Assembly (NCBI GenBank): GCA_959602045.1
Contig: CAUGRT010000004.1
Span: 1 to 64,000, forward strand
Origin: an uncultured Clostridia bacterium
Lineage (GTDB): Bacteria > Bacillota > Clostridia > UBA1381
Direction of reading: 5' to 3'
Length of the DNA stretch: 64,000 nucleotides
In this document: positions 55,515 to 64,000 of the stretch, piece by piece
Layout of the letters: each line of letters begins with the position of its first letter
Position numbering within the stretch: position 1 is the first letter of the stretch
Position numbers and translations under genes: made by a program
The notes under the pieces: model-generated
The model's input: only the letters and a program-made list of their open reading frames with translations
What the model was told of the DNA's origin: nothing
Databases searched by the model: none

Positions 55515-58500
55515 ATGATTAGAAAATCGACATTAATATGCTGTATTATTATGGTGCTGCTTATAGCGGGAATCAGCAGCTTTGCAGCCGACAATAATAC
55601 AGAAATATATGTATCATCGGTGAGCGGAGATGATGCCGGCGACGGAAGTATCGGGAATCCGTTTCGTACAGCAGAAAGGGCAAAGGAGTATGTACGAACT
55701 ATCAACTCTGATATGAAAGGCGATATAACGGTTTTCTTCAGAGAGGGTGTGTATACTTTTGATGATACCTTAAAATTTGATGAGCGCGATTCCGGAAGCA
55801 ACGGATATTACATCACCTATAAGGCATATGGAGATGAAAATGTTAAGTTTTCGGGCGGAAAAAAGGTTGAAAACTGGCAGAAATACAATGATAAGATATG
55901 GTATGTCGATTGGGACGAAACAGAATATGTACGTCAGTTGTATGTCAATGACCGTCGTGCCAGGAGAGCGCAGAGTGAAGAATTGTATGCAATCAAGTCG
56001 ATTTATTCCGATAAGGATGACACCTACAAATATGATGGTGTTATCACGCAGGAAAATAAGTTTTTAAAATATAAAAATAAGCAGGATATACAAATTCATA
56101 TTGCCATAGGATGGAAATCATTTTTGATTAACGTAGAGGATATTATTCCCAAGAATAACGGCAGTATTTTTCTGCTGCACAGAAAATCCTTTATGTCTGC
56201 CTGCACATGTGCACAGCATTATATCGAACCGGGGATTCAGTTCTATGTAGAAAACGCCTTTGAGGAGTTGGATCGCGAGGGTGAGTTTTACTATGACCGG
56301 CAGAGCAAAAAGCTTTATTATATGCCGAGAGCCGATGAAGATATGACGACCGCCGAGGTTTATCTGGCAAGCGTTGAGAAGCTGGTGGACATCAAGGGAG
56401 AAAACTCAAACAGCAGAGTACATAATATCAACTTTGATGGGATTACGTTTGCACATGCAGCATGGAACAGACCGTCTAAAGTAGGCTTGATTAATGACCA
56501 GGCGCAGATGATGACTCCGGATGATGAGGTGGATATTCCGAAGGATCCCGGATTTTCAATGGTTCCGGCAAATATCTCTCTTGAGAGAACGGAAAAGGTT
56601 AATTTTAAAAACTGTGTATTTAAGGATATGGGCGCCGTTGCATTGGGATTCGTGCGCGGATGTATTGACAGCTATCTGACCGGAAACGTATTCTGTGATG
56701 TGGCGGACAGTGCAATCACCGCAGGCGTTATTGGGGAGATGTATAATGACAAGGTCTATGAGGGACAGAATCTGGCATGCGGAAAACCGGTCACAGCAAG
56801 CTCCTATCTGGGTTCCGGATTCCCTTTGAATGCGGTTGATAATGATACTTTTTCGGTATGGGCGCCGAAAGACGGAGCATGCTGGCTTCAGATTGATCTT
56901 GAAAAGGAGTATGAAATCGACAGGATTGAGATTGATCCCAGAAAAAATATGGGAGCGGATGGTGTAATCCAGGGGATTGATATTCTGGCGTCCAATGATC
57001 CGGATTTCAAAACCTACAGTGTTTTGGGATCTACCAGTTCATCATCATACCGCGATAAGGACAACACGCTGATTTTGCATACCGATAATAGCGGTCAGTA
57101 TCGGTATGTCAGATTGAAGAAAAATTCATACATGGCACTGGCGAGTGTGCGGATTATCAATGAAAGTATGCCGTATGCTCCGTCAACAGAGCTATGCCGG
57201 AATATTAAAATCGACAATAACTATATTACACGAATCGGGCTGGTGAATTTCGGCGCTCCGGCAATCCAGGGGTACTATAACCAGAATCTGAATGTTTCGC
57301 ATAATGAAATGTACTATATTCCGTATTCCGGCGTGTGCAGCGGCTGGGGATGGACGCTGTATGGTCTGACAGATTGCCGTGACATTAAGATCAATTATAA
57401 CAGAATCGACAGCAGTATGCTGGTGCAATTTGACGGAGGGGCAATCTATACCCTCGGAAAACAACCCAACTCCGTACAGGTCGGAAATTATATTACCAAT
57501 CAGGTGAATGACCTTGCGGCGATTTACTATGATAACGGAACGTCATTTTTTACGAGCCGTGAAAATGTTTTGGACGGTATTCCATCGTCCTATCATTGTG
57601 CCGGAGGGGAGGGGAATCTCTGGATTGATAATCATACAACTTCAATCGCGGATTCCTTGAACTTCACCTATCAGACAAACAGCGATGCAGGGCGTGAAAA
57701 TGAAATCTTTGCGTCAAATACGCCCAATACTCAGATTCTCGGAATTATGCAGAATGCGGGTCTGGAAAAAGGCTATGAGGGCATTAAGAGCAAAGCCGGT
57801 GAAAATCTGTGGCCGTGGTCAAGATATGAAATGACTCAAAATGTTGAGGTTCACGGCGGATACGGTTCGGAGGATAGTAAGGCGGCTTGGGTGGCGAAAT
57901 ATTATATCAGAAACCATATTGATTCCATCAAAAGATGGCTGCCGATGCTGGAGCTTGGCGAAGAAGTTGGGATGTATCCGGTTTCCGCAAAAGAGGGGTT
58001 GGAAAATGTTATTGCCGAAGCGGAGGCGCTGCTGACAAGCGGCAAGATGACTCGTGCAAGTGTTCCGGAAATGTATTGGAAAATTTATGATGCACTGGAT
58101 GAATTTAAAAACAGCCGGAATCATTTTACCGGAGATGAATTGGAAGCGAATGCGGAAAAGCTGTTGAACAATACAGTGATCGGCGGCAAAAACGGAAACA
58201 TCTCGCAAGAAAATCACGATAAGCTTTTGGAACATAAAAATGAATATACCCGGGATAAGACCGAGAATAATGCAAAGATGCTGGAGGCGGCGATTGTCGA
58301 ATTCAGAAATAACATTATTAACTTTAATATTAAATCCTTTACGATTGCAAATCAAAAGGGCAATGTTGAGATTGATACCGAAAACAGCGTCATTCATGCA
58401 GAGGTTTTTGCGAATGCCGATTTATCGAAGCTAACGGCTGCCGCGATCAGCGGAGAGGGTACTTATATTGATCCCGATTTATCAAAGGAACAGGATTATT

Positions 58501-59123
58501 CCGAGCCATTCAAGCTATATGTGACCAGTCTTGACGGTTCAGAAAAGAAAGAATGGACAGTGAATATTACAAAGGAGAAAGAATACAGCTCCGATGAGAT
58601 TTTCTCACTCAATGAATCCATTGCCGATAGTAACGGATGGAATATATTCGGTTCGTATAATAATAAGTATTATGAAAATAAACGCTTTAAAGATATTACG
58701 CTGGACTTCAATATGATGATCGAAGAAAAACGATCGGGTGACTGGCCGTGTCTTGTTTTTAGAAGCCAGAATAATGCGGAAACCTTTGATTCCAAAAATA
58801 ATGAAGCTTATGTTTTGGTGTTCAGCGGAAACGGAATCGAATTTTATCGGTTCAATAACGGAAAGAGAACGCAGTTATATGGCAACATCGGTTCGCTGCC
58901 GCAGCTGTTCGGGCCGAAGCTTCAGACAGAGGCATTTAAATTCGGAGAGAAGAATAAGATGCAGCTGACATGCAGAAATACGGAAAACGGTGTAAGAATG
59001 GCTCTCACGATAAACGGAACAAGCATTTTTGATGTCGTTGATAACTTTGATGGGAACATTCAGCAATCCGGCTATTTCGGTACCGTATCTCCGGGAGCGG
59101 AAGTACAGCTTCTTACTGATTAG
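55515..59123 (+). CDS. Large (1202 aa) secreted right-handed beta-helix protein with an internal F5/8-type-C domain (putative polysaccharide-active enzyme)
   Basis: Signal peptide; beta-helix-like repeats; discoidin-like CWLQIDLEKEYEIDRIEIDPRKN...LASNDPDF. Confidence 0.55.
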   Translation: MIRKSTLICCIIMVLLIAGISSFAADNNTEIYVSSVSGDDAGDGSIGNPFRTAERAKEYVRTINSDMKGDITVFFREGVYTFDDTLKFDERDSGSNGYYITYKAYGDENVKFSGGKKVENWQKYNDKIWYVDWDETEYVRQLYVNDRRARRAQSEELYAIKSIYSDKDDTYKYDGVITQENKFLKYKNKQDIQIHIAIGWKSFLINVEDIIPKNNGSIFLLHRKSFMSACTCAQHYIEPGIQFYVENAFEELDREGEFYYDRQSKKLYYMPRADEDMTTAEVYLASVEKLVDIKGENSNSRVHNINFDGITFAHAAWNRPSKVGLINDQAQMMTPDDEVDIPKDPGFSMVPANISLERTEKVNFKNCVFKDMGAVALGFVRGCIDSYLTGNVFCDVADSAITAGVIGEMYNDKVYEGQNLACGKPVTASSYLGSGFPLNAVDNDTFSVWAPKDGACWLQIDLEKEYEIDRIEIDPRKNMGADGVIQGIDILASNDPDFKTYSVLGSTSSSSYRDKDNTLILHTDNSGQYRYVRLKKNSYMALASVRIINESMPYAPSTELCRNIKIDNNYITRIGLVNFGAPAIQGYYNQNLNVSHNEMYYIPYSGVCSGWGWTLYGLTDCRDIKINYNRIDSSMLVQFDGGAIYTLGKQPNSVQVGNYITNQVNDLAAIYYDNGTSFFTSRENVLDGIPSSYHCAGGEGNLWIDNHTTSIADSLNFTYQTNSDAGRENEIFASNTPNTQILGIMQNAGLEKGYEGIKSKAGENLWPWSRYEMTQNVEVHGGYGSEDSKAAWVAKYYIRNHIDSIKRWLPMLELGEEVGMYPVSAKEGLENVIAEAEALLTSGKMTRASVPEMYWKIYDALDEFKNSRNHFTGDELEANAEKLLNNTVIGGKNGNISQENHDKLLEHKNEYTRDKTENNAKMLEAAIVEFRNNIINFNIKSFTIANQKGNVEIDTENSVIHAEVFANADLSKLTAAAISGEGTYIDPDLSKEQDYSEPFKLYVTSLDGSEKKEWTVNITKEKEYSSDEIFSLNESIADSNGWNIFGSYNNKYYENKRFKDITLDFNMMIEEKRSGDWPCLVFRSQNNAETFDSKNNEAYVLVFSGNGIEFYRFNNGKRTQLYGNIGSLPQLFGPKLQTEAFKFGEKNKMQLTCRNTENGVRMALTINGTSIFDVVDNFDGNIQQSGYFGTVSPGAEVQLLTD

Positions 59124-59135
59124 GAGGGGAATTTT

Positions 59136-62100
59136 TTGAACAATAGAAGAATAATTACGGTTTTAGTCATACTATCTGTTTTATTAAATATTTCATATGC
59201 CGTATTTGCGGAGGAAGAAAAGGATATTAATATTGCACTGAATCAAGAAGCCGTCGCGTCCTCATATGAACAAGGGCATTATGCAAAGGATGCGATTGAC
59301 GGAATCAATGATAATGAAGAATATTCGTACTGGAAATCCGCGGAGAACGATTATTCTCCGTGGTGGCAGGTTGATTTGGGACTGGACTACAAGATTTCAA
59401 AAGTAATCATTGAGTCGCGAAAAGGCGAAACTGCCGAAAGTGAACGAAACAATTTTGCAATTATGGTTTCAAATAATGCCGATTTTTCAAAGTATGAGCA
59501 GATTGCAAAGGTCGAACAGGCTTATGAAAACGAGTATAGCGCGAGTGTTTCGGGCAATAAGCAATACCGGTATTTAAGAATTGCGAAACTGGATAATAAG
59601 CCGTTATCGCTTGCGGAAGTGAAGATTATCGTCGATAAGGCGTCCATTAAGCAGGGGGAGCAGGCAGCAATCAATCAAGGCGATGATGAGGAGCCGGAGT
59701 CGGTATACGGAAGATACGATGTACTTTCGGATATTGTCGGAACCGATAAAGAGGAACAGGTGACATTACTCCAGAATTTAGGTATTGTGAACGGCTATCC
59801 TGACGGAACATTCAAGACTGAAAATACCATCACAAGAGCGGAGTTTGCCGCCATGATCTACAATATTACCGCAAACGGTATGACAGAAGGCAGTGACAGT
59901 GCCGCGTTCAATGATGTGCCTAAGGAGCATTGGGCGAATCAATATATTGAATATCTTTACCGTAATCACCTGGTCAACGGAGTTTCGGAAAGTGATTTTG
60001 CGCCGGATCATGAAATAACTATACAAGAAGCGGCAAAAATGATCGTGTCCGTGCTGGGAAAAGATATTCATGCGAAAAATAACGGCGGTTATCCGGACGG
60101 GTATCTGTATGTTGCAAATGAAAGCGGATTGTTCAAAAATATAGCCAAAAGCAGTATCTTACCCGCAACACGCGGAGAAGTGGCTGTCATGCTTTACAAT
60201 GCTTTGGATGTCCGTGTGTCCTCGTTAGAGGTGAATGAGAAGAAAATTTCGGATACCGACACCCTTCTTTATGCTTATATGAATATCAAAAAAAGAACGG
60301 ATTTATTAACGGCTGTAGGAAATATCTCAATCAATATTGACGACCTTTTGGCGAATGACGGAAAAATTATGGTTGGGGGAACGCAGTATCAAACAGAAAT
60401 TCCGGGCTTGGAAAAATATTTGGGATACCGGGTGGATTTGTATTATACCGATCAGGACGATGAAACGGCATATGCGGTGATTCCGAGGAAAAACAGCAGT
60501 CAGATTTTGCAAAGCGATGATATTGATTCGATGAATAACTTGGAAATTATCTATCGTGACGGCAGATTGAAAAAAACCATTAATCTGCCGAAGCAATATT
60601 ATGTTGTCTATAACAACCGGGCGGTACGCAACTACGATTTACAGAATTTAAAACCGTCCTACGGTACGGTGAAGCTGGTGGATCATAATGCCGATGGCAA
60701 GTATGAGGTTGTCATCATAGAAAATTATATATCGCATGTGCTGGCAGGAATCAGTACCAACAGCAGCACGCTTTATTTGAAGAATCCAACTCAAACCATC
60801 AACTACAGCAGCGAAACGGTGGATTTTAAATACGGAAAAAATCATGAACCGATTGAGCCTGAGCAAATACAGGAGGATATGGTTGCTACCGTTATGGAAT
60901 CGTATGGGGAGGATGATAAAATCTATACCATCATCTTTTCAGATGAAAGAATAAACGGTAAGGTAACGGGAATTGAGAATGATGATGACAAATTATACGT
61001 TACTGTTAATGGAACGCGCTATGAGGCATTGGCAGACCGAAGTGAATTTGAATCGAATATGAACGGAACATTTTATCTTGACGTGTTCGGGCGAATTGTT
61101 GCATTAGGGAATGCGTTGGCATCGACCGAACGGTATGGGTATCTGAATCTTGCCTATGCAGATGAGGATACAGAGGTTGTTCAGTTTAAAATATTTACTC
61201 AATACGGAGATTTTATCACGGCTGAAGCGGCAAAAAAGCTGAAGATTGATGGCAGTGAATATCAAAACGCAGAGGACGCGGTAAAAAGATTAAAAGATGC
61301 CGGAAAGGGTTCCGTTTACCAGGTAGTAAGATATAAACAAAACGGAAAAGGTGAAATTGTCACAATTGATACGGTTTTAAATGATAAGGAAACCGATGGA
61401 TTGAAGCTGGAACAAGCGTCATATAGCGGCATGTATGGAAATCAGATGTTCAATATGAACCTTGCAATCAACGACAATACCGTTATGTTTGTTATACCGG
61501 ATAATAAATCCGAAATCTCACAGTATGGCATAAAGCTTAAAAGCGAGCTTCGGGCAAGTGCGAGTTATACCTTTGATGTCTATGATATTGATGATAATCA
61601 GATTGTAGGCTGTTGCGTGTTCGGCGAGGGCGATGTTGACTTTAACGAGAATGCCAATGTAGTACTTGTTGATAAGTTTTATACGACCGTCGCTGAGGAT
61701 GGCGAGCTTCGGCAGGTTTTGTGCGGATATTCCAATAATGAATATGTTGAACTGGCGGAAAACAAGGAAGGCGTTTTTGACGGTTTGGAGCAGGGGGACA
61801 TTATTTCGGCTGCTTTGAGCTTGCAGGGGACAGTAAAACAAGTCTTAAAGAGATATTACAGAGAGCCGGATCATCCGGGAAACTCAAGGGCGGTTTCGGC
61901 ATTGAATCCGTCAATCGGAAGCATCAGCAGTAATACAAGCTGGAAGTATGGTACGGTTTTATCCAAAAAGGATGGAAAAGTTATTGTTGATGTCGGAGGT
62001 AATAAATTTGTCTTTAACACTAAAGGCGAAATAAGACTTCGTATGTATTATTATGATGAAGAAAACGGAGAAGTCGGTCTTGCCGGGTATGGAGATATAC

Positions 62101-62192
62101 GCGACGCGGAAAGTGTCGGCGAGAATGATGCAAGCCGCGTGGTTGTTCATCCTATGTATCTGGAAACGCGAGAAGTTATCATTTTACAATAG
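59136..62192 (+). CDS. Secreted protein with an N-terminal F5/8-type-C domain, three internal SLH domains and a large C-terminal region; TTG start
   Basis: AGGAGGGG is 6 nt before the TTG. Discoidin-like YWKSAENDYSPWWQVDLGLDYKISKVII...VSNNADF. SLH-like FKTENTITRAEFAAMIYNI, FAPDHEITIQEAAKMIVSVLG and ATRGEVAVMLYNAL. Confidence 0.6.
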   Translation: MNNRRIITVLVILSVLLNISYAVFAEEEKDINIALNQEAVASSYEQGHYAKDAIDGINDNEEYSYWKSAENDYSPWWQVDLGLDYKISKVIIESRKGETAESERNNFAIMVSNNADFSKYEQIAKVEQAYENEYSASVSGNKQYRYLRIAKLDNKPLSLAEVKIIVDKASIKQGEQAAINQGDDEEPESVYGRYDVLSDIVGTDKEEQVTLLQNLGIVNGYPDGTFKTENTITRAEFAAMIYNITANGMTEGSDSAAFNDVPKEHWANQYIEYLYRNHLVNGVSESDFAPDHEITIQEAAKMIVSVLGKDIHAKNNGGYPDGYLYVANESGLFKNIAKSSILPATRGEVAVMLYNALDVRVSSLEVNEKKISDTDTLLYAYMNIKKRTDLLTAVGNISINIDDLLANDGKIMVGGTQYQTEIPGLEKYLGYRVDLYYTDQDDETAYAVIPRKNSSQILQSDDIDSMNNLEIIYRDGRLKKTINLPKQYYVVYNNRAVRNYDLQNLKPSYGTVKLVDHNADGKYEVVIIENYISHVLAGISTNSSTLYLKNPTQTINYSSETVDFKYGKNHEPIEPEQIQEDMVATVMESYGEDDKIYTIIFSDERINGKVTGIENDDDKLYVTVNGTRYEALADRSEFESNMNGTFYLDVFGRIVALGNALASTERYGYLNLAYADEDTEVVQFKIFTQYGDFITAEAAKKLKIDGSEYQNAEDAVKRLKDAGKGSVYQVVRYKQNGKGEIVTIDTVLNDKETDGLKLEQASYSGMYGNQMFNMNLAINDNTVMFVIPDNKSEISQYGIKLKSELRASASYTFDVYDIDDNQIVGCCVFGEGDVDFNENANVVLVDKFYTTVAEDGELRQVLCGYSNNEYVELAENKEGVFDGLEQGDIISAALSLQGTVKQVLKRYYREPDHPGNSRAVSALNPSIGSISSNTSWKYGTVLSKKDGKVIVDVGGNKFVFNTKGEIRLRMYYYDEENGEVGLAGYGDIRDAESVGENDASRVVVHPMYLETREVIILQ

Positions 62193-62203
62193 ATATAAAG
62201 GGA

Positions 62204-62337
62204 GAATAAGTTTGAATAAAATTGCTCAGTTTACTGTCTTTTGCACAGCACCTTTTGCTGCAAGATGGCAAACTGAACAATTTTCTTTCAGACTTAAGTT
62301 TTGTGCCTTGAACGCAGTGAAAGGAATGGTTATAAAA
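62204..62337 (+). repeat. Copy 2 of the conserved leader element (see 40426-40543)
   Basis: High identity with copy 1 up to the ATG; the downstream coding sequences are unrelated. Confidence 0.6.
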
Positions 62338-63831
62338 ATGAAAAAGTTATTTCCGGTTTTAAGCAGTATTGTACTGTCCGTATGTGCTGTGATGAGCGTG
62401 AGTGCTCAAAGTGAAAATATCAATGTGAATTATGACAGGGATAGCCGAATCGTGCAAATAAGCGGCAGCTTTGATTATTTGGCGGATAATGATACGGTAC
62501 ATTTAATGCTGATGAAGCCCGAAGCGGATTTGGATAAGGCAGAAAGCGGTGAAGCCGAGCTGAAGGAGTTGGTGATCCATATAGATGACATCAATGCCGC
62601 GGGAAACGAGTTTACGTTTGATTCTTTTAAGCTGCCGGAAAATTGCGTCATGAATGATTACGAAATTCGGATTACGGCAAAGAATAAGGAGTTTCAAAGT
62701 GTATTGTATGCCGCAAGTAAAAATGAAATTTTAGCATTGCTGCAAAATGCAGAGGCTGAAAACATTCCCGTTTTTATCAGCAAGTATAATGATGTGCTTA
62801 TGCTTGACGTGGACAAAGACAGCGTTTTTTCAAAATTGAATGACGGGAATAAAAACAGAGTGTATTCCGATTTGGCAGGCAAAAATTATCCGTCATTTTC
62901 GGATTTCAAGAGTCAATTTAATGCAAGTACGGTCTTAGCGAGATTATCTGAGTGTAACTGGGGCGAGGCGGAAAAGCTGATGAGTGATAATAATGCCGAT
63001 CTGAAACTGGATTTGGCAGGTTTTCTAAAGCTTTCGCAAACGGTTCGGGATAATATTTCGATGAAGCTTTGCGGAAAAACATATAAGACTGCCCAGGAGC
63101 TGCAAAAAGCAATTGACGCGGAGGTATTGGCGCAGACGAAAAACACAAACAACGGAAATACGGGTTCGGGCGGCAGAGGCGGCTCGTCGACCGGAGCACC
63201 GTTTATCAACCCCAACACTTCTCAGAATACCGCAAAAGACGATGAACCCAAAGACGATCAGCAGGGAGAAAACGATGTATTTTCTGATTTAAAGGGATAT
63301 GAATGGGCGGCGGAAAGTATAAAGAAGCTATATTCAGACGGCGTAATCAGCGGAAGGGAAAAGAATATTTTTGCTCCTGCCGAATACATAACACGTGCTG
63401 AAGCAGCGGCATTAATCACTCGTGCATTTACAAATCAATTACCTGAAAAGGGACAATCTGCATTTGGCGATGTAAAAACACATTGGGCATACCAATATAT
63501 TGATGTACTCTATTCCAACGGAGTGATCAATGGAGTATCGGAGGATCATTTCGCTCCGGATGCGTATATAACACGCCAGGATTTTGCCTGCATAGCTTAT
63601 AGAATGATGGAGAAATCGACAGAGGTTCAGGCGGAAAATGTGCCGGATACAAGGTTTGCGGATGAAGCGGAAATTTCGGACTATGCTCAAAAGGCAGTAT
63701 ATTTGCTTAGAGAAAAAGGGATTATTAACGGAATGGGGGAGAATGAGTTTTGCCCTAAAAACAATATCACCCGCGCAGAGTGTGCTGTTTTAATGGATAG
63801 ACTGATAAAATTTTCTGAAAGTGTGGAGTAA
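62338..63831 (+). CDS. Secreted surface protein with three C-terminal SLH domains (S-layer-associated protein candidate)
   Basis: Signal peptide MKKLFPVLSSIVLSVCAVMSVSAQSE; SLH units ...FSDLKGYEWAAESIKKLYSDGVISG..., ...FGDVKTHWAYQYIDVLYSNGVING..., ...FADEAEISDYAQKAVYLLREKGIING.... Confidence 0.7.
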   Translation: MKKLFPVLSSIVLSVCAVMSVSAQSENINVNYDRDSRIVQISGSFDYLADNDTVHLMLMKPEADLDKAESGEAELKELVIHIDDINAAGNEFTFDSFKLPENCVMNDYEIRITAKNKEFQSVLYAASKNEILALLQNAEAENIPVFISKYNDVLMLDVDKDSVFSKLNDGNKNRVYSDLAGKNYPSFSDFKSQFNASTVLARLSECNWGEAEKLMSDNNADLKLDLAGFLKLSQTVRDNISMKLCGKTYKTAQELQKAIDAEVLAQTKNTNNGNTGSGGRGGSSTGAPFINPNTSQNTAKDDEPKDDQQGENDVFSDLKGYEWAAESIKKLYSDGVISGREKNIFAPAEYITRAEAAALITRAFTNQLPEKGQSAFGDVKTHWAYQYIDVLYSNGVINGVSEDHFAPDAYITRQDFACIAYRMMEKSTEVQAENVPDTRFADEAEISDYAQKAVYLLREKGIINGMGENEFCPKNNITRAECAVLMDRLIKFSESVE

Positions 63832-63834
63832 AGA

Positions 63835-64000
63835 ATGCGTACTGTTTTAATTGTTGACGATAACTGTATTGAGTTAAGTGCAATGTCTAAGCTTAATATG
63901 TGGAAAGAGTTGGGGTTTACACAAGTATTTTGTGCGCAGAACGGGAAAATAGGCTATGAAACGGCAGTAAAAGAAAAGCCGGATATTATACTCACCGATG
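63835..64000 (+). CDS. Response regulator receiver domain, N-terminal part (runs off window end)
   Basis: MRTVLIVDDNCIELSAMSKLNMWKELGFTQVFCAQNGKIGYETAVKEKPDIILTD is a CheY-like receiver with phospho-acceptor region; GGAG ribosome-binding site. Confidence 0.7.
   Translation, partial: MRTVLIVDDNCIELSAMSKLNMWKELGFTQVFCAQNGKIGYETAVKEKPDIILTD

Noticed and set aside
57819-58397. 192-aa minus-strand ORF inside the 1202-aa gene
   Set aside because: Antisense artefact with no ribosome-binding site or domain.
62053-62337. Track ORF start at 62053 for the SLH protein
   Set aside because: The first 95 codons overlap the upstream gene and read through the conserved leader. The signal peptide begins at the ATG at 62338, which has its own ribosome-binding site.

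Overview
The window reads as a low-to-moderate-GC Firmicutes/Clostridia chromosome segment, judged from SLH domains, copper-amine-oxidase-like stalk domains, an LplABC-type transporter and a MobA/DUF3847 mobilisation module. No tools were run, so every homology call is from memory of motifs and every structure call is by eye. My manual indexing of intergenic sites may be off by 1-2 nt; CDS coordinates follow the supplied ORF track except where I argue for an internal start.

The window has two halves.

(A) Positions 1 to about 19970 form an accessory, mobile-element-like block with every gene on the minus strand.
- It starts with a MobA/MobL relaxase that runs off the window start, a textbook MobQ-type oriT and a DUF3847 protein.
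- Next is a decayed type II restriction-modification module: an HTH-fused m5C methyltransferase, a Vsr nuclease, and a restriction gene killed by one in-frame amber codon.
- Then come a polyvalent-like protein with zincin and ART-like domains, and a high-GC surface-protein gene broken by three frameshifts.
- A tightly coupled six-gene envelope module follows: an LRR-SLH protein, a lipoprotein, an SPFH protein with four zinc ribbons, a HEAT-repeat lipoprotein and two membrane proteins.
- The block ends with a Cu-amine-oxidase-N/TPM/DUF4428 trio and small zinc-ribbon proteins.

(B) Positions 20334 to 64000 hold core-like plus-strand (mostly) genes.
- A solute-binding lipoprotein sits beside a membrane LuxR-type regulator, followed by an IS3 transposase scar.
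- carAB is convergent; glnK-amtB follows behind a structured leader, then argC-argB-proS.
- A GH28 gene, an AraC regulator and an oxidative sugar-acid catabolic cluster come next (IlvD/EDD dehydratase, DapA-like, SDR, MBL, Eda, DgoK).
- The window ends with a large glycan-utilisation locus of secreted esterase, F5/8-type-C (discoidin) proteins, beta-helix proteins, LplABC transporter components and SLH-anchored surface proteins, plus the start of a response regulator.

I saw no CRISPR array, rRNA or tRNA.

The observations I rate most worth a second look are:
- the envelope module carried on the mobile element;
- a dual-hexaloop leader upstream of glnK-amtB that looks like an ANTAR antitermination target;
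- an approximately 115-nt leader repeated upstream of two unrelated genes;
- the methyltransferase left orphaned by the inactivated restriction gene;
- a 16-bp tandem duplication inside mobA.
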